Assembly: GCF_009914755.1 (NCBI RefSeq)
Contig: NC_060940.1
DNA: 64,000 nt
Strand: one strand, 5' to 3'
Origin: the human T2T-CHM13v2.0 reference genome, Homo sapiens
Position numbers and translations under genes: made by a program. Positions within the stretch are counted from its first letter, which is position 1. Every line of letters begins with the position of its first letter. The notes beneath the pieces are model-generated. The model was given only the letters and a program-made list of their open reading frames with translations, searched no databases and had not been told where the DNA came from. Shown one piece after another: positions 53,701-64,000 of this stretch.

Positions 53701-56700
53701 TTTTTGTAGAACATGTGAAGGGTTATTTGCATACTGCATTGAGGCCTATGGTCCAAAAGAAAATATCTTCAGATAAAAACAAGAAAGAAGATTTCTGAGA
53801 AACTGCTTTGAGATGTGTGCATTCACCTCACAGAATTAAACTTTTCTTTCAATTCAACAGTTTGGGAACACTGTTTTTGTCCATTCTGAGTACGAATATC
53901 TGGGAGCTCATTGAGGCCAATGGCAAAAAATCAAATGTCCCAGGATAAAAACTAAAAGGAAGCTATCTGAGAAACCACCTTGTGATGTTTGCATTCATCT
54001 CACAGCGTTAAACCCTTCTTTTTATTCAGCAGTTTGGAAACACTTTTTTTGTAGAATCTGCAAAGGGATGTTTGGGAGCACATTGAGGCCTATGGTGTAA
54101 AATAAATTATCTTCAGGTAAAAAATAGAAAGAAGCTCTCTGAGAAACTGTTTGTGATGTGTGCATTTGTCTCACAGAGGTAAACGTTTCTTTTGATTCAG
54201 CAGTTTGGTAACACTGTTTATGTCCATTCCTGTGGATGGCCATACAGGAGCTCATTAAGGCCTATGGTGAAACAGTGAATATCTCAGGATAAAAACTAGT
54301 TGAGGCTATCTCAGAAATCGCTTTGTGACGTGTGCATTTAGTTTGAGGCATTAAATATTTTTTTTTCTTCAGCAGTTTGGTAACACGGTTTTTGTAGAAT
54401 CTCCAGATGGACAATTGGGAGCACATTGAGGACAATGGTGAAAAAGAAAATATCCCCAGATAAAGACTACGAGGAAGTTATCTGAGAAACCCTTTTGTGA
54501 TGTTTGCATTCATCTAGCAGAGTTTAATCTTTCTTTTGATTCAGCAGTTTGGAAACACTGTTTTTGTGCATTCAGCGAATGGACTTTTGGGAGCTCATTG
54601 AGGCAAAAGGTGAAAAAATGAATATTCCAGGAAACAACTACAAGGCACTATCTGAGAAACCTCTTTGTGATGTGTGTATTCAGCTCATGGAGTTAAATCA
54701 TATATTTCATTCAGCAGCTTGGAAACGTTGTTTTTGTAGAATTTGTGAAGTTATACTTGCATAGCTCATTGAGGCCTATGGTGAAAAAGAAAATATCTTC
54801 AGATTAAAAACTAGAAAGAAGCTTTCTGAGAAACTGCTTTGAGATATGTGAATTCCTCTCACAGAGTCAAACTTTTCTTTTGATTCAACAGTTTGGAAAC
54901 ACTGTTTATATCCATTCTGTGGATGGCCATATGGGAGCTCACTAAGGCCTATGGTGAAAATTGAATATCCCAGGATAAAAACGAAAAGGAAGCCATCTCA
55001 GAAAGTGCTTTGTGATGTGTGCATTCAGCTTGAGGAGTTAAATATTTCTTTTCCTTCAGCAGTTTGGTAACACAGTTTTTGTAGAGTCTCAGAACGGACA
55101 ACTTGGAGCTCATTGAGGCCAATAGCGAAAAGGGGAATGTTTCAGGATGAAAACTAGAAGTAAGCTATATTAGAAATCTTTTTGTGATGTGTTCATTCAT
55201 CTCACAGAGGTAAACATTTCTTTTCATTAATCAGGTTGGAAAAACTGTTTTTGTAGCCTCTGCAAAGGTTTATTTGGGAGCACATTGAGGTCTATGTTCA
55301 AAAAGAAAATATCTGCAGATAAAAACTAGAAAGAAGCATTCTGAGAAACTGCTTTGTGATGTGTGCATTCACCTGACAGATTTAAACTTTTCCTTTGATT
55401 CAGCAGTTTGGAAACACTTTATTTGTCCAATCTGGGAATGCACATTTGGGAGCTCATTGAGGCCAATGGTGAAAGAGTGAATATCCCAAGATAAAAACTA
55501 GAAGGAAGCTATCTAAGGAACTGTTTTGTGATGTGTGCATTCATCTTGCAGTGTTAAACCTTTCTTTTGATTCAGCAGTTTAGAAACATGATTTTCGTTT
55601 ATTCTGCAAATGGACCTTTGGGAGCTCATTGAGGCAAAAGGTGAAAAAGTGAATATCACCAAATAAAACAGAAAGAATGTATATGAGAAACAGCTTTGTG
55701 ATGTGGACATTTATATCACAGAGTTAAAACTTACTTTTGATTCAGCAATTTGGATACAATATTTTTGTCCATTCTATGAAAAGACATTTGGGAGCTCTTT
55801 GACGCCAAAGTCGAAAAAGTGAATATCCCATGAAGAAAATCAGAAAGAAGCTATCTCAGGAACCTCTTTGTGATGTGTGCATTCGTCTTGCAGAGGTCTA
55901 TCTTTCTTTTCGTTAAGAAGTTTGGAAAAACTGTTTTTGTATGATCTGGTATAAGATATTTGGGAGCAAATTGAGGCCTATGGTGAAAAAGAAACTATCA
56001 TCAGATAAAAAGTCGAAAAATAGTTTCTGAGGAACTGCTTTGTGTTCTGTGCATTCATCTCACAAAGTTACACCTTTCTTTAGACCTAGCAGTTTGGAAA
56101 AACTGATTTTTTCCATTCTGGGAATGGACATTTCAGAGCTCATTCAGGCCAATGACAAAAAATCGAATATCCCAGAATGAAAAGTAGAAGGAAGCTATCT
56201 GAGAAACCTTTATGTGATATGTAAACTCATCTCACTGAGTTAAACCTTTCTTTTCATTCCGCAGTTTTGAAACACTATTTTTGTCCATTCTGTGAGTGGA
56301 CATATGGTTGCTCATTGAGGCCAATGGTGAAAAAGGGAATATCACCAGATAAAAAGTAGAAGGGAGCTATATGAGAAACTGCTTTGTGATGTGTGCATTC
56401 ATCTGTCTGAGTTAAACTTTTCTTTTCATTCAGCAGTTTTGAAACACTGGTTTTGTAGAATCTGCCAAGGGATATTTGGGAACACCTTGAGGCCTGTGAT
56501 GAAAAAGAAAATATCTTCAGATAAAAACCAGAAAGAAGCTTTCTGAGAAACTTCTTTGCTGTGTGTGAATGCATCTTACATAGTTAAAACTTTCTTTTGA
56601 TTGAGTAGTTTGGAAAAACTGTTTCCATCTGGATATTTGGGAGCTCATTTGGCCAATGGCAAAAAAGGAAAAAACCCAGAATAAAAACAAGAGGATGCTA

Positions 56701-59700
56701 TCTGAGAAACTGCTTTGTGACGTGTGCATTCATCTTGCAGAGTTAAACCTTTTCTTTCATTCTGAAGTTTTGAAACTTTGCTTTTTTCCTTTCTGTGAAT
56801 GGGCATTTAGGAGCTCTTTGAGGTTAATGGCAAAAAAAATGAATATCCCAGGAAGAAACCAGAAAGAAGCTGACAGAGAAAAATCTTTGTGATGCGTGCA
56901 TTTATCTCGCAGAGATAAACCTTTCTTTTCATAAAGCAGTTTGGAAAAATTGTATTTGTGGAATCTGCAAAGAAATATTTGGGAGCACAGTGCAGCTTAT
57001 GATGAAAAAGAAAATGTCTTCAGGTAAAAACTAGAAAGAAGCTTTCTGAAAAACTGCTTTGTGATTGTGCATTCATTGCACAGAGTTAAACCTGTTATTG
57101 ATTTAGCAGTTTGGAAACACTGTTTTTGTCCACTCTATGAATGGATATTTGGGATCTCATTGAGACCAATGGGGAAAAAGCAAATATCCCAGGATAAAAA
57201 CTGGAAGGAAGCTATCTGAGAAACCATTTTGTGATATGTGCATTCACCGCACAGAGTTAAAACTTTCTTTTGGTTCAGCAGTTTGGAAACACTGTTTTTG
57301 TCAATTCTGTCAGTGGACTTTTGGGAGCTCATTGAGGCCAATGGCAATAAGGTGAATATCATAGTATAAAAACAGAAGGAAGCTATCTGAGGAAGCTATA
57401 AAAGCAGAAGGAAGCTCTTTGTGATGTGTGCATTCAGCTTGAGGATGTAAATCTTATTTTTCTTTCAGCAGTTTGGAAACACTGTTTTTGTAGAATCTAC
57501 AAATGGACATTTGGGAGTGAACTGAGGCCTATGGTTGAAAAGAAATCATCTTCAAATAGAAACTATAAAAAATCTTTTTGAAAAACTGCTTTGTGATGTT
57601 TGCATTCGTCTCACAGGGTTAAACCATTCTTTTGTTTCAGCAGCTTTTAAACACTGTTTTTGTCCATTCTGTGAATGGACATTTGGGAGCTATTTGAGGT
57701 CAAAGGTGAGAAGAAAATATCCCAGGATAAAAATTAGAAGGAAGCTCTATGAGAAACTGCTTTGTGATGTGTGCATTTGTCTCAGAGAGTTAAAATTTTC
57801 TTTTGATTCAGTGGTTTGGAAACACTGTTTTTGTCTTTTCTGCAAACGGCCTTTAGGGAGCTCATTGAGGCCAATGGCAAAAAAGCAAATAACCTAGAAT
57901 AAAAACAGAAAGAAGCTATCTGTGAAACTGCTTTGTGATGTGTGCATTCATCTAGCAGAGTTAAACCTGTCCTTTCACTCAGCAGTTTTGAAACACTGTT
58001 TAATTTCCATTCTGCAAATGGACATGTGGGAGCTCACTGAGGCCAATTGCGAAGAAACGAATATCCCAGGAAGAAAATGAGAAGGAAGCTATCTGAGAAA
58101 CCCATATGATGTGTGCATTCATCTTGTTGAGGTAAAACTTTCTTTTCATTAAGCAATTTGGAAAAATTGTTTTTGTAGCATCTGCAAATAAATATTTGGG
58201 AGCACATTGTGGCCTATGGTGAAAAAGAAAATATCTTCAGATAAAAATAGAAAGAAACTTTCTGAGAAATTACTTTGTGATGTGTGCATTCATCTCACAG
58301 ACTTAAAACTTTCTTTTGATTCAGAAGTTTGGAAACACTGTTTTTTTCCATTCTGCAAATGGAAATTTGGGAGCTCATTGAGGCCAATGGCGAAAAAGAA
58401 AATATTTCAGGATGAAAACTAGAAGAAAGCTATATTAGAAAACTTTTTATGATGTGTTCATTCATCTCAAAGAGGTAAACCTTCCTTTTCATTAAGCAGT
58501 TTGGAAAAACTCTTTTTTTAGCATCTGTGAAGGGTTATTTCAGAGTGCATTGAGGCCTATGTTCAAATAGAAAATATCTGTAGATAAAAACTAGAAAAAA
58601 TGCTTTCTGAGAAACTGCTCTGTGATGTGTGCATTCATCTCACAGAGTTAAACTTTATTTTGATTCAGCAGTTTGGAAACACTTTATTTGTCCATTCTGG
58701 AAATGCACATTTCAGAGCTCTTTGAGGACAATGGTGAAAAATTGAATGTCACAGGATATAAACTCAGAGGAAACTATCTGAGAAACTGCTTTGTTATGTG
58801 CACATTCATCTAGCAAGTGAAACCTTTCTTTACATTCAGCAGCTTGGAAACACTGTTTCTGTAGAATCTGTGAAGGGATATTTGGGAGTGCTTTGAGGCC
58901 TATTTTGAAAAAGAAAATATCTTCAGATAAAAATGAGAAAGTAGCTTTCTGAGAAACTGCTTTGTGATGTGTGCATTCATCTCAGACATTTAAACCTTTC
59001 TTTGAATTCAAAAGTTTAGAAACACTGCTTTTGTCCATTCTCTGAATGGACATTTGGGAGCTCTTTGAGGCCAATGGCAAAAAATCAAATTGTCCCAGGA
59101 TAAAAACTAAGAGGAAACTATCTGAGAAACTCCTTTGTGATGATGTGTTTCATCTCACAGAGTTAAACCTTTCTTTTGATTCAGCAGTTTGGAAACGCTT
59201 TATTTGTCCATTCTTGGAATGCACATTTGGGAGCTCATTGAGGCAAAAGGCGAAAAATTGAATGTCACAGGATATAAACTCAGAGGAAGCTATCTGAGAA
59301 ACTGCCTTGTGATGTGCACATTCATCTCGCAGAGTTAAAACTTTCTTTTCATTCAGCAGTTTGGAAACACTCTTTTTGTAGAATCTGTGAAGGTATATTT
59401 GGGAGCACATTGAGACCTATGATGAAAAAGAAAATATCTTCAGATAAGAAATAGAAGCTTTCTGATAAACTGCTTTGTGTTGTATGAATTCACCTCACAA
59501 AGTTACACCTTTCTTTTAATTCAGCTGTTTGGAAACACTGTATTTTTTATTCTTCGACTGGATATTTGGGAGACCTTTAAGCCCAATGATGAAAAATTGA
59601 ATGTCCTAGGATAAAAACTAAGAGGAATCTATCTGAGAAACTGCTTTGTGATGTGTGTTTTCATCTCGCTGAGTTAAAACTTTGTTTTGATTCAACAGTT

Positions 59701-62543
59701 TGGAAACACTTTATTTGTCCATTCTTGGAATGCACATTTGGGAGCTCACTGAGGCAAATGGCAAAAAATTGAATATCACAGGATATAAACTCAGAGGAAG
59801 CTATCTGAGAAACTGCCTTGTGATGTGCTCATTCATCTCACAGAGTTAAACCTTTCTTTTCATTCAGCAGTTTGGAAACACTCTTTTTGTAGAATCTGTG
59901 AAGGTATATTTGGGAGCACATTGAGGCCTATGATGGAAAAGAAAATACCTTCAGATGAAAAATAGAAAGAAGCTTTCTGAGAAACTGCTTTATGTTGTAT
60001 GCATTCATCTCACAAAGTTACACCTTTCTTTTAATTCAGCTGTTTGGAAACACTGTTTTTGTTTATTTTGCAATTGGACATTTCGGAGTCCTTTAAGCCC
60101 AATGATGAAAAATTCAATGTCCCAGGATGAAAAGAAGAAGGAAGCTATCTGAGAAAACTTTTTGTGAAATGTGCATTCAACTCGCAGAGTTAAAACTTTC
60201 TTTTCATTTAGCAGCTTGGAAAAACTGTTTTTGTCCATTCTGTTGTGGACATATAGGAGCTCATTGAGGCAAATGGCAAAAAAGCAAATATCACCGGATA
60301 AAAACTAGAAGGAAACTATCTGAGATACCGCTCTGTTATGTGTGCATTCATATCACATAGTTAATCCTTTTTTTTGTTCAGTAGTTTGGAAACACTGTTT
60401 TTGTCTGGACATTTGGGAGCTCATTGAGGCCAATGGTGAAAAAGTGAATATGCCAGGATAAAAACTAGATGGAAGCTATCTCAGAAACATTTTTCTGATG
60501 TGTGTATTCATCTCACAGAGTTAAAAGTTTCTTTTGCTTCAACAGTTTGGAAACACTGTTTATGTAGAATATGTGAAGGGATCTTCAGATAAAAACCAGA
60601 AAGAAGCTTTCTGAGAAAGTGCTTTGTGATGTCTGCATTCACCTTACAGAATTAAACCTTTCTTTTGATTCAACAGTTTAGAAACACTGTTTTTGTCCAT
60701 TCTCTGAACGGACATTTTGGTGTTCATTAAGGACAATGGCAAAAAATGGAATGTCCCAGGATAAACACTAAGAGGAATCTATCTGAGAAACCAGAATCTG
60801 CAAAGGGATATTTGGGTGCACATTGAGAACTGGGGTGAAAATATAATACCTTCAGATAAAAACTAGAAAGAAGCTTTCTGAGAAACTTCTTTGTGATATG
60901 TGCATTCATCTCATAGAGTTAAATGTTTCTTTTGAGTCAGAAGTTTGGAAACGCTGTTTTTGTCCATGCTGTGAATGAACATTTTGGTGTTCATTAAGGA
61001 CAATGGCAAAAAATGGAATGCCCCAGGATAAACACTAAGAGGAATCTGTCTGAGAAACCACTTTGTGATGTGTGCATTCATCTCACAGAGTTAAATCTTT
61101 CTATTCATTCTGCAGTTCCAAAACACTTTTTTTGTAGAATCTATGAATGGACATTAGGAAGGGAATTGAGGCTTATGGTTGAAAAGAAAATATCTTCAGA
61201 TGGAAACAAAAAAAATCTTTTTGAAAAACTGCTTTGTGATGTGTGCATTCATCTCTCAGGGTTAAACCATTCTTTTGATTTAGTGTTTTTAAACTTTGTT
61301 TTTGCCCATTATGCAAATGGACATTTGGGAGTTCATTGAGGTCAATGGCAAAGAAGAGAATATCCCAGGATAAAAACTAGAAGGAAGCACTATGAGAAAC
61401 CTCTTTCTGATGTGTGCATTTGTCTCAGAGAGTTAAAACTTTCTTGTGATTCAGCAGTTTGGAAACACTGTTTTTGTCTTTTCTGCAAATGGACATTTTG
61501 CTGCTCTTTCAAGCCAATAGTGAAAAAGGGAATGTCCCAGGATAAAAACTTAGAGGAAGCTATCTGAGAAAACAGTTTGGGTGCTTGCATTCGTCTCACA
61601 GACTTAAATCTTTCTTTTCATTCAGCAGTTTGGAAACACTGTTTTTGTCAATTTTTCAAATGGACTTAAGGGAGCTCATGGGGGCCAATTGCAAAAAAAA
61701 GCAAATAACCCAGAACAAAAACAGAAGGAAGCACTCTGTGAAGCTGCTTTGTGATGTGTGCATTCATCTAGCAGAGTTAAATCTTTCCTTTCCTTCAACA
61801 GTTTTGAAAACTGCTTTTTTCTTCCATTCTGAATGGACATTTGAGAACTCATTGAGGCCAATGTCGAAAAAGGGACTATCCCAGGAAGAAGATGAGACTG
61901 AACTTACTTGAGAAACCTCTTTGTGATGTATGCATTCATCTCACTGAGGTAAACCTTTCTTTTCATTAAGCAATTTGGAAAAACTCTTTTTGTAGCATCT
62001 GCAAAGAAATATTCGGGAGCACATTGAGGCCTATGATTAAAAACAAAATACCTTCATATAAAAATTAGAAAGAGTCTTTCTGAGAAACTGCTTTGTGACA
62101 TATGCACTCATCTCACAGAGTTAAAAGTTTCTTTTGATTCTGCAATTTGGAAACTATTTTTGTCCATTCTGTGAATGGACATTTGGGAGCTCAGTGAGGC
62201 CAATGGCAAGAAATCGAACATCCCAGGATGAATACTATGTGGAAGCTCTCTGAGAAACTGCTTTGTAATGTATGCATTAATCTCACAGAGTTAAACATTT
62301 CCTTTCATTCAGCAGTTTTGAGACACTGTTTTTTTTCATCCTGCAAATGGACATTTGGGAGCTCATTGAGGTCAATGACAAAAAAGCAAACATACAAGGA
62401 TAAAAACTACAAGGAAGCTATCTGAGAAACTGCTTTTGATGTGTGCACTCATTTTGCCAAGTTAAAACTCTCTTTTTATTCAGCAGTTTGCAAAAACTGT
62501 TTTTGAAGAATCTGCAAAGGGATATTTGGGATCTCATTGAGGC

Positions 62544-62560
62544 CTATGGTGAAAAAGGAA
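62544..62560 (+). promoter_or_regulatory. Representative pJ-alpha (A-box) motif at the position homologous to the CENP-B box
   Basis: CTATGGTGAAAAAGGAA matches the A-type box. Most X monomers carry CTATGGTGAAAAAGAAA. Function at this site is unknown. Confidence 0.55.
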
Positions 62561-64000
62561 ATATCTTCAGATAAATCTAGAAAGAAGCTTTCTGAGAGAC
62601 TGCTTTGTGATGTGTGCATTAATCTCACGAGTTAAATATTTGTGTTCATTCCGCTGTTTAGAAACACTGTTTTTGTCCATTCTGTGAATGGACATTTTGG
62701 AGCTCTTTGATGCCAATGGCAAAAAAGGGGATATCCCAGAATAAAAACAGAAGGAAACTGTCTTAGAAACCACTTTGTGATGTGTGCATTCATCTAACAG
62801 ATTTAAACTTTCTTTTGATTCATCAATTTGGAAACACTGCTTTTGTCCATTCTGCAAAAGGGCATTTGGGACCTCGCTGATGCCAATGGTGAAATACCAA
62901 ATATTCCAGAATGAAAACAGAAGGAAGCTATCTGGTAAACCTGTTTGTGATGTGTGCATTCAGCTCGAGGAGTTATATCTTTCTTTTTATTCAGCAGTTT
63001 GGAAAAGCTGTTTTCGTAGAATCTGAGAATGGACAGTTGGGAGCGCATTGAGGCCTATAGTGAAAAAGAAAATATTTTCAGATAAAAACTAGAAAGAGGA
63101 TTTCTGAGAAACTGCTTTGTGAAGCAAGCATTCACCTCACTGAGATAAACCTTTTTTTGATTCATCAGTTTGAAAAACACTGTTTTTGTCCACTCTGTGA
63201 ATGGACATTTGAGAGCTTATTGAGGCCAATGGTGAAAAAGCGAACATCCCAGCATAAACAATAAGTGGAATCTATCTGAGAAACCGTTTTGTGATGTGTG
63301 CTTTCATCTCAGAGAGACAAAAACCTTCTCTTGATTCAGCAGTTTGGAAACACTGTTTTTTCCATTCTACACATCTACATTTGGAAGCTCATTGAGGCCG
63401 AAGGTGAAAAAGAGGATATCCCACGATACAAAGAGACGGAAGCAATCTAAGAAACCACTTTGTGATGTGTTCATTCACCTCGAGGAGTAAAATCTTTCTT
63501 TTCATTCAGCTGTTTGGAAACACTGATTTCTAAAATCTGCAAATGGAAATTTGTGGTGCATTGAGGCCTAAGGTAGATATCATCAGATAAAAACTAGAAA
63601 GACGTTTTCTGAGAAACTGCTTTGTGATGTGTGCTTTCATCTCACAGAGTTAAACCTTTCTTTTGTTTCAGAAGTTAGGAAACACTGTTTTAGTCCATTC
63701 TGTGAATGGATATTTGGGAGCTAATCAAGGCCAATGACAAAAAAGTGAATATCCCATGACAAAAACTAGAAAGAAGCAATCTGAGAAAATGCTTTGTGAT
63801 GTGGGCATTCATCTCTTAGAATTAAACCTTCCTTTTCATTCAGCAGTTTGTAAACACTTTTTCTGTTCATTCGATGAATGGACATTTTGAAGCTCATTGT
63901 GGCCAATGGCCAAAAATCAAATGTACAAGGATGAAAACTGAGAGGAAGCTATCTGAGAAACATCTATGTCATGTGAGCATTCATCTCAAGGAATTAAATC

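Larger units (their letters stand above)
47687..64000 (+). repeat. Divergent alpha satellite, plus orientation, X/Y types, continuing past the window end
   Basis: Same X/Y monomers and ~172-bp period as to the left of the L1, with several local multimer duplications. Confidence 0.97.

Noticed and set aside
304-64000. Over 100 short ORFs sharing KLLCDVCIHLTELNLSFDSAVWKHCFC-like Cys/His-rich peptides, superficially resembling a zinc-binding repeat protein family
   Set aside because: These are translations of the alpha monomer. Frames break at random indels and stops, with no codon-level conservation or gene structure.
304-64000. CRISPR-like or repeat-spacer array
   Set aside because: The whole 172-bp unit is homologous between copies. 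There are no unique spacers and no associated genes.
304-64000. Active centromeric higher-order array or CENP-B boxes
   Set aside because: Adjacent multimers are highly divergent, and no TTCG....A..CGGG motif was seen by eye; the box position is A-type. An exhaustive motif scan was not run.

Overview
This is primate (human or great-ape) pericentromeric DNA with no genes. About 97% of the window is divergent alpha satellite with a 172-bp monomer period, and I saw no CENP-B boxes; this is typical of ancient, inactive centromeric layers. Positions 1-303 are the 3' end of an ERVK-class LTR (MER9/HML-3-like). Positions 304-22824 are alpha satellite on the minus strand and pass through about four sequence strata. 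The array switches strand at ~22825 through a small fold-back and templated junction. Positions 22826-64000 are plus-strand alpha satellite built from two irregularly alternating monomer types (called X and Y here), interrupted by a 5'-truncated L1PA2/3-like insertion (46564-47686) with a 15-bp target-site duplication. Many local and long-range duplications are marked by shared private indels. The most unusual pattern is that the substitutions defining X and Y repeatedly perfect short inverted repeats: a 9-bp perfect stem in Y, and a covarying TATCT/AGATA versus TATCC/GGATA stem. Apart from the L1 ORF2 remnant, all ORFs are spurious translations of repeats. I found no evidence for a new protein-coding system. 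All identities and periods were read by eye, not computed.
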